A DNA stretch of 64,000 nucleotides from Octopus sinensis. Its lineage: Eukaryota. Of this stretch, positions 39,157 through 51,051 are shown in pieces. The notes beneath the pieces were generated by a model. The model had not been told where the DNA came from. It did no database searches and saw only the letters and a program-made list of their open reading frames with translations. Numbering within the stretch: the first letter of the stretch is position 1; the number at the start of each line of letters is the position of its first letter. Made by a program: the position numbers and the translations under genes. The stretch is taken from assembly GCF_006345805.1 (NCBI RefSeq), contig NC_042999.1:160270001-160334000 (forward strand). The letters are read 5' to 3'.

Positions 39157-39576
39157 GGATCTTTTCGGTTTGAACGGCAGTTTTTTCTAGCGGTGCCATA
39201 TGAAATTGTCACCCATAATTATGACCCTAGTATCGATCTATTGCGTTTCAATCTATTTTAGGGTTAGAGTTAGTTAGGGGTGGGGGGAAGGTATCTTTTT
39301 TTCTTCACAAATGTAAATAAATCCAATCTGTTTCTTAAACAGGGGACATATTCATACGGCACAGAATACTTTTTACCTCAATAGACGTCAGTGATTGGTT
39401 GAACTTGCAGAAATTGAAGAAAAAGAGTAACAAATATCTTACAAACTATAGAATTTTCTCAATAACGTCAAAAGAAAAAGATGTTTTATAAACACATTCT
39501 ACAAGTATACGAAGTTTAAAATTTTTTAGTTAGCTAGAAATTATGTTAAAAACTGCCGTTCAAACCGAAAAGATCC
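39157..39576 (+). mobile_element. MITE family M copy 10
   Basis: Both TIRs present; 8-bp TSD TAACCTTG. Confidence 0.95.
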
Positions 39577-40778
39577 TAACCTTGTACTCTTGTTAGTTCT
39601 TATTGTTCCTAAAATCTTTTTCGATTTTTATTAAACTGACGGAGATCCCACTTCCAAATTACTATTGCTCCATCAGAGTTAACTTTTCAGTTAAACACCG
39701 ATAACAATTGCAACAATTTTTCTTTACAATAATAAGCATTTTTTCCATGAACACATACATGTTTTTTTAAAACGTTGTGATGACTTTTTATCAATCTTAT
39801 TATTTTTAAATAACAATGTTTCAAATATTCTATGAAATGTTCTTTGAATACTTGTAGTTATAACTCTGGATGTAAGGCAAGGTCTATTCCGATGTAATTT
39901 CAATCCGGGAGCAGCTCAGTAAAATGACAAAAGTTTATTCTAGTATCTGCCAAGAACCAAGGAGGAGGAGATGTCTTCGTGATCACTCGACGTGATAAAA
40001 TCAGGCCCTACCGCTCGTCTTAAATGTCAAAAGAATACGTTATGTAATGTAGTCTTCGGTATTCCTAAAACGATAAGAGGGTCACAACTGGATTGACTTT
40101 GAAAAGAGCTAACATGAGGCTAAACAACAACCAATTCTACCGGAATCTAACAACCAAATGTTGCTTCTTATTTTATCAGTGAAAACCTCCGTGTCATTAA
40201 GGAAAGAATCTGAGTTTTAGGCGACGTACAAACACGAATGTTATACAACTTGCATAACTGAAGTGAATCCACTTCAGCGAAAAATCGAAACAGCGTCACA
40301 AAATTAAAAACATTTCAAGCTATCGCCAGAAGCAACGGGCACCAACTTACTATTTATTGATATTCAGTTCTGTCTTGTAAGGTTCATAGTTCAAATCTCG
40401 CAGCTGTCGACTTTATCTTTTATCTCTCTAGAGTCGATAATCATATCTATTGTTTTTTGGTACTCCATACAAAATGAAATTAAATGAAGAATATTATAAT
40501 GATACTTTATAAGCTTCACAGAGCAAAGTATAAGTTTCTGGCAAATTGAGACTGTGATACGGTTTCGTTCCTCGATAGAAACTATTTCACTTAACTTACG
40601 CCACAATTTCTGTTTAGTTTCGTCTTTTATACAGGGTTATTGGGATTAGTTTAAAGAAAGTAATATTGCATTAGACATCGAACGGCGAGTTGTCAGAAAC
40701 AGAGGTAACATAGTGTTCCAGTTTCCGTTTCGTCCATGCTATTTCCATTCATTTTAGAAGAAAACATTTTCTCCTTAT

Positions 40779-41148
40779 TGGAAGCACTCCGTCGGTTACG
40801 ACGACGAGGGTTCCGGTTGATCCGAATCAACGGAACAGCCTGCTCGTGAAATTAACGTGTAAGTGGCTGAGCACTCCACAGACACGTTTACCCTTAACGT
40901 AGTTCTCGGGGATATTCAGCGTGACACAGAGAGTGACAAGGCCGGCCCTTTGAAATACAGGTACAACAGAAACAGGAAGTTGTGGTGAAAGAGTACAGCA
41001 GGGATCACCACCATCCCCTGCCGGAGCCTCGTGGAGCTTTAGGTGTTTTCGCTCAATAAACACTCACAACGCCCGGTCTGGGAATCGAAACCGCGATCCT
41101 ATGACCGCGAGTCCGCTGCCCTAACCACTGGGCCATTGCGCCTCCACG
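40779..41148 (-). mobile_element. SINE family C (tail type 1)
   Basis: Reverse complement of the 8583 element; 11-bp TSD TTTCTCCTTAT. Confidence 0.92.
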
Positions 41149-41596
41149 TTTCTCCTTATACGTTTATGATGCTATTGGTTTGTAATACATACGATGGCTT
41201 CATCCAATTTTATCACATTGATGTTATATGTCGAACTTGTGCCTCAAATCTGGTGTGCTGAGAGTTTATTTCAAGTGTGCGGGACTTGCACTGCAGGTAG
41301 TATATTACTGGTATTTGTTCTTGAAAATGTTTCACTACCCACAGATAGTTCGTGAATTCAATACAGACGTATCGTTGTGTCTGGGCAAATTAATAGGATT
41401 GTCTTGCCTAAACAATACTAAACAGCATATGACAATAATTTGAATTATATTTTTCTTGACACGCAAGTCGATGAAAGGTTAAATTTACATCAAACGAGAC
41501 AGGAAACCTCCTAAGTTCAATATAATCTAGAATCACATAATTAAATAAATTCCTGTCAGGGCCTTTCTTTGTTGATGCAAACCATATCTAGTCAGT

Positions 41597-41982
41597 GTGG
41601 AGGCGCAATGGCCCAGTGGTTAGGGCAGCGGACTCGCGGTCGTAGTTCCGCGGTTTCGATTCCCAGAGCGGGCGTTGTGAGTGTTTATTAAGCGAAAACA
41701 CCTAAAGCTCCACGAGGCTCCGGCAGGGGATGGTGGTGATCCCTGCTGTACTCTTTCACCACAACTTTCTCTCACTCTTACTTCCTGTTTCTGTTGTACC
41801 TGTATTTCAAAGGGCCGGCCTTGTCACTCTCTGTGTCACGCTGAATATCCCCGAGAACTACGTTAAGGGTGCATGTGTCTGTGGAGTGCTCAGCCACTTA
41901 CACGTTAATTTCACGAGCAGGCTGTTCCGTTGATTCGGATCAACCGGAACCCTCGTCGTCGTAACCGACGGAGTGCTTCCTG
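41597..41982 (+). mobile_element. SINE family C (tail type 1)
   Basis: Full length; 12-bp TSD TATCTAGTCAGT. Confidence 0.93.
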
Positions 41983-42089
41983 TATCTAGTCAGTTCGTAA
42001 TGATTGGTTTTTTTCCCCTAACTCTTGTATGCAAAACCGATTGGTAAAATCAGCTGAATTGGATAAAAAAAAAAAACCGTATTTCATAC

Positions 42090-42422
42090 ATGTATACAGC
42101 CACTCCAACAACGCCTCTCCAACCACAGATCCTCTTTCAGGATACCGGAAAGGAGATTCATCACATCATTAGCCTGCTGATAGACGATGGTATTCCATAC
42201 ACAATATCATGGAGAATCCTAGAAAATCCAGGCCCCTACATAAACGGGACCAAGTGCTGTAAATTATGCATAGCGGAACGGGCGAAGATCTTAAAGGACT
42301 CTCTCGACTCAAGGAACATCCTAAACTCCAGAACGGAGGTCTTTGGACTGTGCTTACATTTCAGAAAATTCCTGCCAGCATATTTGAACCCACAGGATAA
42401 CAGGGTCACCGGCGTTCGATAG
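42090..42422 (+). pseudogene. Penelope-like element GIY-YIG C-terminal fragment
   Basis: ISWRILENPGPYINGTKCCKLCIAERAKIL...LNSRTEVFGLCLHFRK matches the WxILxxxxPYxNxxKxCxLCxxE...NxRxExxxxCxH pattern of PLE C-termini. Confidence 0.8.
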
Positions 42423-42949
42423 CCAAAAGGATACAATCCTCTTTGTTGACATTGGTGATCGATAACCCAGAGGAAACAATCTCCTATGTTGACATTGAGT
42501 AATAGGGTCCTTTCCTCCTCCATATTCTCGAGAGGCCACTCGCCAGAGAAGCGTTTAGCCAACAGGTTTTGGGGTATGATGATACGCCATAAAGCTAAGC
42601 CCTTTATGGACGTGAAACTTAAAGTAATCCCATAAACCAGCCTTATCTAACTTTAATAGATACTGTTCTATAATTTAGAGTGTGCTTCTATTTTCGGATT
42701 TATGTTTACGGACCATATATATATATATATATATATATATATCTATATATATATATATATATACCGGAGTAAACACATAAATGTGAAACAAGGTGGAAAA
42801 AAGAGTACTCAAATACCAGTAGTAGAGTAATATGCTTTATTTCTGCTGCTTAAAATAAAGTATATATATATTATATATATAATATATATATATATTTATA
42901 AAATATATATATATATATATTATAATATATAATATATATATATATTATA

Positions 42950-43001
<52 letters not shown>

Positions 43002-43033
43002 TCTATATATATATAATATATATATATATATAT

Positions 43034-43350
43034 GGCTCAGTGGTTAGAGCATCGAGCTTACGATCGTGAGGTTGTGAGCTCAAATCCCGGACCGGGCTGC
43101 ATGTTGTTGTTCTTGAGCAAGACACTTTATTTCACGTTGCTCCAGTTCACTCAGCTGTAGAAATGAGTTGCGACGTCACTGGTGCCAGCTGTATCGACCT
43201 TTGTCTTTACCTTGGATAACACTGGTATGCATGGCGGACTGCTGGTCTTCCATAAAGACAAACCTTGCCCGGACTTGTGTCTAGGAGGGTAACTTTCTAG
43301 GTGCAATCCCATGGTCATTCATGACCGAAGGGGGTCTTTACCCTTTTACA
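43034..43350 (+). mobile_element. tRNA-derived SINE family E (CORE-like body)
   Basis: TGGCTCAGTGGTTAGAGC (A-box), GAGCTCAAATCCC (B-box-like), then CTTGAGCAAGACACTT...TGCTCCAGTTCACTCAGCTG. Confidence 0.75.
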
Positions 43351-43375
43351 GGCATACATAATATATATGTGTATA

Positions 43376-43417
<42 letters not shown>

Positions 43418-43494
43418 ATATTATATACATATATATATATATATATATGATATATATATATATATGCATATATATATATATGCATATATATAAT

Positions 43495-43540
<46 letters not shown>

Positions 43541-43850
43541 TATATATGTATAAATATATACACATATATATACACATATATATATGTATGCCTGTATATA
43601 TATATATTATATATATATATAATATATATATAGTATATATATACACATACATAAATACAGATATATAAAGACATTTTCACTTCCCGAACGTTAAACTAAT
43701 ACATCTGTTTGTTGTCTACACCATCTGCTTCGTCTTTTTTTTTTTTGTGAATTCTCCCTATATATATATATATATATATATGTATATGTATATGTATATA
43801 TATATATAGTATATAGTAGTTTCCACTTGGTCTTGAAGGGGGCGATCTGG

Positions 43851-43899
<49 letters not shown>

Positions 43900-44272
43900 A
43901 AGTTATGTCCGATCATACAGCACCAGTGGTTTCGCATCCATAAACGGCTTAGCCCCATCCCATGGACGACTCGTCAGACTCTAAAGCTGAAGGTCATATA
44001 ATTCTTCAAACCTCGGACTTTCCGTCGGAGACTTCGTGGCAATCGTGAATGTGCAGAAGCGTGAATGCGTCGGTGCAGCTATCGAACGTAAACCACGTGA
44101 CGGCTTTCGTAAGACACTCTGTGTCGGGGTCGCGGATGGATCGTCAGTGTATCATATATCTGAAAAAGAAGCACACACTAAAGCATAGAGCAGTAATGTA
44201 TATCTATGCAGTTAAGTATATGTCCGGTCAAAGAGTGACCAATGGTTTCACAGCCATAAAAGGCCTTAGCTC

Positions 44273-44694
44273 GGATCTTTTCGGTTTGAACGACAGTTTT
44301 TTCTAGCGGTGTCATATGAAATTGTCACCCATAATTATGACCCTAGTATCGATCTATTGCATTTCAATCTGTTTTAGGGTTAGGGTTAGGGTTAGGGGTG
44401 GGGGGAAGGGTATCTTTTTTTCTTCACAAATGTAAATAAACCCAATCTGTTTCTTAAACGAGGGACATATTCATACGGCACAGAATGCTTCTTAACTCAA
44501 TAGACGGTCATTGATTGGTTGAAATTGCAGAAATTGAAGAAAAAACAACAAATATCTTACAAACTATAGAATTTTTTCAATAAAGCCAAGAGAAAAAGAT
44601 GTTTTCTAAACACATTCTACCAGTATACGAAGTTAAAAATTTTTTAGTTACCTAGAAATTATGTTAAAAACTCCCGTTCAAACCGAAAAGATCC
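44273..44694 (+). mobile_element. MITE family M copy 11
   Basis: Both TIRs present; 8-bp TSD CTTAGCTC; four perfect TTAGGG units. Confidence 0.95.
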
Positions 44695-44714
44695 CTTAGC
44701 TCCTATAGATATAG

Positions 44715-44790
<76 letters not shown>

Positions 44791-45187
44791 CAGATTGAGA
44801 GAGAGAGAGACTTCGTGAAATAGATATGCCTAGTGAAATCCATGTGTATCGAGTTGCCACATATATTCTTTTATTTGTGTGTGTGTATGTTCACACACAC
44901 TCGAAACCCGCGCACTAAAATACCCTATAGGATAGGGGAAAGGAATAAGGCATTTTAACGCCTTTCCACAAGTGCATCAACAACACAAATGCAATGAAAA
45001 ATTTTCAACCAAGGTCTGAAAGCTCTTCTCTAATGCTGTTCGCTAAGAGCCAGCTGGAGTTTTGGTGCCATTTTAGCGTGCGGCCAATCTGGCCATTTTG
45101 CATTTCAGCGTACAGGGAAATCATAAACTCTGACCCTGAACCCTAAACTTAACCCAGAGCAGGTCTTTTTACAGCGTAGACGACGGA

Positions 45188-45590
45188 GTGGCTGTGTGGT
45201 AAGTAGCTTGTCTACCAACCACATGGTTGCGGGTTCAGTCCCACTGCGTGGCACCTTGGGCAAGTGTATTCTACTATAGCCTCGGGCCGACCAAAGCCTT
45301 GTGAGTGGATTTGGCAGAAGGAAACTGAAAGAAGCCCGTCGTATATATGTATATATATATATATATATATATGCGTGTTTGTGTGTCTGTGTTTGTCCCC
45401 CTAGCATCGCTTGACAACCGATGCTGGTGTGCTTATGTCCCCGTTACTTAGCGGTTCGGCAAAAGAGACCGATAGAATAAGTACTGGGCTTACAAAAGAA
45501 TAAGTCCCAGGGTCGAGTTGCTCGATTAAAGGCGGTGCTCCAGCATGGCCGCAGTCAAATGACTGAAACAAGTAAAAGAATAAAAGAATA
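45188..45590 (+). mobile_element. SINE family D, full length
   Basis: Colinear and near-identical to 22737-23144. Confidence 0.9.
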
Positions 45591-46091
45591 TTGTTATAGA
45601 CTGTACGCTTAAGTAGTACTGAATTTTCTTTCTAGTGTTGTTTAGTTCTCAGCAGGTCTGGTTGCATCTGTTTCATTTTACTTGTTCAGAATGGGAAAAG
45701 CATCAGCGACACACTAGCTGGCATTCTCTTACAAACCAATGTCACCGTTTCTTTGCACTGATACTAATTTAGATATTTCTGTAAGTTGTTGCTTAGCCTA
45801 ATAGCAGGCCTGATACAGCAAACCTATATTCAAAAGGGTTAGACCTGTGTCTCTCACCCCTTTTTCTTAAATAGGTCCAGCACTGTCCTGTTTAGCTTTC
45901 TGTATTAGTAGTAATGTAGTAATAATACATTAACTTTTAATAAGGCACAAGACCACAAATCTTTCATTAGAAAGCGTAAAGAAGATTAATCCTAAGTAAA
46001 AATAACAACAGCGTAATTTGAACTCGGTATATAAAGGGAGATAACTATATATCGCGAATGCCTTCTAGTTGTATATATACTTTTCTACTCT

Positions 46092-46280
46092 AGGCACAAG
46101 GCCCGAAATTTTTTGGGGAGGGGGCCAGTCAATTAGATCGAGTTCAGTACTCAACTGGTACTTGATTTACCGACCCCGAAAGGATGAAAGGCAAAGTCGA
46201 CCTCGGCGGAATTTGAACTCAGAACGTAAAGACAGACGAAATACTGCGAAGCATTTCGCCCGGTGTGCTAACGTTTCAGC
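46092..46280 (-). mobile_element. SINE family B
   Basis: CCCCGAAAGGATGAAAGGCAAAGTCGACCTCGGCGGAATTTGAACTCAGAACG...GCATTTCGCCCGGTGTGCTAAC. Confidence 0.85.
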
Positions 46281-46650
46281 CACCTCGACGCCTTTTCTAG
46301 GCTGTATATATTGTATACGATCTCTAAACATTTTCTATTCTCTATATTTTCTTTTCTTTTTCTTTGGATAGGAGAGCGGATAAAGAAAGAGAGAGGACTT
46401 TTTTAAACTCAGAACACTGAGGTTCGAACTCTAACGACGTCGATCTTATTATATTCAAACTATTTTCGTTTTTGCTTCGTTATTATTATTATTATTTTTT
46501 ATTAAATGTGTATAAGAAACGATGTAAATGGTCTATTCTGATTTATAAAGGAAGAGGTAGTGGGTGCATTTCTTTTACAAATATGATGTAGATCTCCACT
46601 CAGCGTATTCTTCGGTTGTGCTATTCCATATTTATGAATATATTAATATA

Positions 46651-46860
46651 TATTTCTTTACTGCCCACAAGGGGCTAAACACAGAGAGGACAAACAAGGA
46701 CAGACAAAGGGATTAAGTCGATTACATCGCCCCAGTGCGTAACTGGTACTTATTTAATCGACCCCGAAAGGATGAAAGGCAAAGTCGACCTCGGCGGAAT
46801 TTGAACTCAGAACATAACGGCAGACGAAATACGGCAACGCATTTCGCCCGGCGTGCTAAC
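46651..46860 (-). mobile_element. SINE family B, long-tail form with TSD
   Basis: 16-bp direct repeat TGAATATATTAATATA at 46635-46650 and 46861-46876. Confidence 0.92.
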
Positions 46861-47049
46861 TGAATATATTAATATAATTTGTGATGCATGTTGTTTAGCA
46901 TGAGTGTGTATATGTGTGAGTGTTTATAGAGACTCTTCGTTTCGTTTTCTATTTTAATGTACATTGGAAATGGCCAGCTTCTTAAAACTATTTAAAACCT
47001 TTAGCTTGACTTTCTATTTCGGCGCTGCATTCTTTCTTCCTAGCTGCAA

Positions 47050-47400
47050 GTTCAAAGGTTGACTCTCGGCAATCACATTGCGGTTCATCCTGGCCGCGGC
47101 TGTCACATGTCTTGTCTCTCTACGTGCCACTACCCAATCAGCGATCCTGCTGAGGCACTTAACTTATCGTCTTGAATAAATACCCCCAGCTTTCCGGCCG
47201 TCAACATACTCACGTGAAAGTTTCCCCACCACGACCACCACCACCACTCAATACACCCCCTCCCCTCTACTCACTTGACACCATGCGCTGACGCTGGGGG
47301 ACCAACAATAAGCAAGTCAGCCACTAGTTGCGCGACACACATACACTGACTTGACTTACTCCTCTAGCAAAACAAAAATATTGCAGTCAGTGAAAGTTTG
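47050..47400 (+). promoter_or_regulatory. Candidate proximal promoter of the KLF gene
   Basis: Repeat-free, GC-richer stretch with CCAAT (47134), AATAAATA (47175), E-box CACGTG (47211), CACCC/CCCTCCC boxes (~47254-47266), TGACG (~47289) and Inr-like TCAGT (~47386). Motif-only evidence. Confidence 0.4.
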
Positions 47401-47536
47401 TGAGAGACAGACTCGTTGACATAAGAAAAAAACTAAGTCTTTCACTCTAACGGGGGAACAAGAATAAAAGCGTCAACAACAACACACACACTAAAAAAAA
47501 AAAAAAGAAAAAAAAAAGCCGAACACACGATTTATA

Positions 47537-47583
<47 letters not shown>

Positions 47584-48823
47584 TTACATCCGTGACTATT
47601 TCGAAAACCAGTGACTTTAAGTAATATACACAGATACCAGTGGCGTTAAGTGACTTTAAAACTTTCTGCAATATATATACTGAATGGAAACAAAAGTGTG
47701 GAAGAAATAACTCTGTGGGGGAGGGAAAAAAAATCAAATCAGTGTCTTTTTTTTTCTATTTATTTGTTACAACAATTGAAGTAAGCCGACTCGTTTCTGT
47801 TGTGTTACTACGAAATATGTTTATTACTGTTACGTTGGAATATTATTATACACAGCCTTTTCTGGAGTATCATCAACCTGACTAAGTCTTTCCGTGAACT
47901 TCTTCCAAACAAGGAATTACTATTTCCAAAACTTTAAACAAGCACTTATTTACCATTTAATTTTTTTTATATATATATATATATATCTTTACGTTTTTAA
48001 AACACAACACAATAATCCTTTATTTTTCTGTCAATCTATATTCACTTTCTTTCGCTTACACACACGCAAACTAACTTTGACAACTTGTTTCTTCGTTTGC
48101 ATGCATCTATCTTTTCCACTCTCTTGTGCATGTGACATACACAGCTTCTCTCTCTCTCTCTCTCTCCCTTTCAAATTTTTGTCAACTAAAAACGAAAATA
48201 ACCTCCGTCCTGCTGGTACTAGTAGTAATTGTGACGACAGTTCCTGTAACATCAGCTGTGCGGCGAACACCGCTGCCGTTTGGTAGTTGGAAAGAATTTA
48301 ATTCCATTTTCTCTTATTATTGAAAGAAAAAAAAAAACCCCAAACAAACCACCTGTTAAAGACAAGGATGAAGATTATTATCTCAATGTTGTTTTATCAG
48401 CTTTGTTGAAAACAAAACCAATTTCGAGCAGATGTTATTCAACAATTTTTGTTCTTCAGTTCTTACCCACTTCTCTCTTTAAAGTTTGCTGTTTTTGCCT
48501 GTCCATTCTTACACACTCATTTTCTCTACCGAAATATAAGTTAGACCCATATCTATGAGAAAATTCAAACTAAACACCGATAGCAATATATTAACGTATT
48601 TTCACTGACCAACATTATGAATGTTTGTTATATATTGTATACAGGATGCATTTGTGGAGAGTAACTAAAAGAAGTGTCAAATTAATTATATCAAAGACTG
48701 GAGCAACAAATTTACATTCATTGTTTGATTAAAAAAATATTGCATTTCATCGATTTAACAAATTTATGTGTTGCCATACTGTTTAGCTAACTGGACAGGT
48801 GGTTGTTACCGGTATCTAGCGGT

Positions 48824-50083
48824 ATGATGATGGAAGAATTTATACCCCTCTGCTCCAGCTTGGCTCGGGAACAGTACACACTACAGAGGTTAAATTCTTC
48901 AAAAGAAGAGAATGATGTTGGTACACTGACGGAGCTACGTTGTGCCAGTCCATTAAACAGTTGGAACCGCGATGGACTTGGTGACGACGTCTACCTGGAG
49001 TATTTGTTTTCACAAGGTCTCGCTGATACCATCGACCCTGCACGGTCCCCTACAAACATTAAATCACGCTTGTGTTCGCCTTGTTCATCCCCCGTCACGT
49101 CACACTTAGTGGGACACACAGACGGTTCCCAAAGTTCTTCTTCGAGTCTTTCCGATATTTCCTCTAATACTTCAGAGTTATCCATGGACTTGTCAAGCAG
49201 CAGCAACAGCAGCACCAGCAGCAGTTGCTATAGTAACGGAAATGATTCACTGGACAACTGTGATAGTTTTGATGAAGTATTTTCTTTATCCGACAACGAA
49301 CTGATAGTTCTTGGTGTTGGTTTGCAGAGTCTAATGCACACTGCCCTTGACGGTTGCACGCCAGAAAGGTTTCACTCGCCGCAAGACCAGCACTACTATC
49401 AAGTTCCACAACAATTGTATAAACTCAACAATAACATCAACAATGCCACTATTTTGACGAGCCGTAACAAGCGGCAAACTAATTCACGTCTCAACTCTGC
49501 AATACGTCACAAAATCTTCAACTTCGATGACACTGATATCAATAACTGTAATTTGTCAGACTCGTTGACTAAAATCCTCTCATCGAATATAAGCACAAAC
49601 AAAGGCAGCAAAACCTCAAACACTTCTTGTAAAAAAAATGAACAAAACGGCATAACAAATGCTAATAAAAACCAAAGCAAAACTAACAATGCAACAAAAA
49701 ACCGTGGATCAAAGGTTAATAATGCAGGAAATGTCTCTTCTCGTGCCTCCAACGGAGTTTCCAATCGTACGACCGGCTGTAACAACAAAGAGGCAAAAAA
49801 CGAGGAGAAGATATATCATTGTACATTTGATGGTTGTGTGAAGGTATATAGCAAAAGTTCACATCTGAAAGCTCATTTGCGGCGTCACACAGGTGAGAAA
49901 CCGTTTGATTGTACCTGGCCAGGCTGTGGATGGCGATTTTCGCGATCAGATGAACTTGCTAGACATAAACGTTCGCATTCAGGAATAAAACCTTACCAGT
50001 GCAAACTTTGTGAAAAACGATTTTCACGTTCGGACCACCTTTCCAAACATCTTAAAGTACACCGAAAAAAAGCATCGTCATAA
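48824..50083 (+). CDS. KLF15: Kruppel-like factor, KLF15 subfamily (three C2H2 zinc fingers)
   Basis: [81 protein letters not shown] closely matches the KLF15 finger region ([28 protein letters not shown]). Ser-rich N-terminus. First ATG at 48824; the frame is open from 48791. Confidence 0.9.
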   Translation: MMMEEFIPLCSSLAREQYTLQRLNSSKEENDVGTLTELRCASPLNSWNRDGLGDDVYLEYLFSQGLADTIDPARSPTNIKSRLCSPCSSPVTSHLVGHTDGSQSSSSSLSDISSNTSELSMDLSSSSNSSTSSSCYSNGNDSLDNCDSFDEVFSLSDNELIVLGVGLQSLMHTALDGCTPERFHSPQDQHYYQVPQQLYKLNNNINNATILTSRNKRQTNSRLNSAIRHKIFNFDDTDINNCNLSDSLTKILSSNISTNKGSKTSNTSCKKNEQNGITNANKNQSKTNNATKNRGSKVNNAGNVSSRASNGVSNRTTGCNNKEAKNEEKIYHCTFDGCVKVYSKSSHLKAHLRRHTGEKPFDCTWPGCGWRFSRSDELARHKRSHSGIKPYQCKLCEKRFSRSDHLSKHLKVHRKKASS

Positions 50084-51045
50084 CAGTATTTAATTATTAT
50101 AGCTAATTATTATTGTCAATTACATTGTGATTATTATTATTATTATTATTATTGTTACTATTATTATTATTATTATTATGTGGTGCCAAATTGTCTTCTT
50201 AAAAACTTTTGTCGTCTTTTCTGTGTTGACAGCATTTTTTAATATCATACTGTGTATGAAAAGTGAAAATAGATTTGTCCAGACATTAAGAGTAAGGTTT
50301 ATGGAAAGTGGTTTTAAATTACTTTAGTCAATTGGACATTTGTAAAAATAACGTTTTGAACCAAAAGGAAAAAATCATTTACTCCCCCACCCCACTGAAT
50401 AAGTAAGTAAACGGGGAATATTAGCTTGATGTATAAAGTATATGCAACAATATTTATGTTCAAATATATATAGTACTGTGCTAAATAGAAACACTAAGCT
50501 AACCAGATTTATTGTCTCTGCCAAGTAAACAAGTTTGTCCAAATTTTAAATACGCTATATCGGAAGACGTAGTAACTTAAAATAATGATTTATTGGGTAC
50601 AAAACTTTAAGATATATGTAGAGGAAAAAAGATAGGATGTTAGTGATTAACGGCAAAAGAGGAGTTTCAATTGTAAATTGCATGTCCAGAATGTATGTTT
50701 GGTCCTCAATTGTTTCTTTTTTTTTTTTAAATGACATAGCTCACCACTATCATGTAATATTAAGTTTAAGATCCACCATAAATGTTTTTCAATCGCTGCA
50801 GAGTTGTGATTCTATTTGCTAATTTAAAAATTTACCACTGTATACCAGTTTTGCTGCGACTCTTGCAGATCACAGTGAAAGGAGACAGTTTAAGGCTTTT
50901 TTATTTTATACTTCCCTTAAGTACATCAAGCTATTTATTATTAAAATTTAATTTCATGAATTAAGCCCTTTAGTCCTCCTTTTTTTACGAAGCTCTCTGA
51001 TCATGAAAGCCAATATCAACACTTAATTCTTTTTCCTTTCCCATA

Positions 51046-51051
51046 AATAAA
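51046..51051 (+). terminator. Candidate polyadenylation signal of the KLF transcript
   Basis: AATAAA about 960 bp after the stop codon; weak evidence in AT-rich DNA. Confidence 0.25.

Noticed and set aside
48840-49841. Antisense and alternate-frame ORFs overlapping KLF15
   Set aside because: Short shadow ORFs of the real CDS with no independent evidence.
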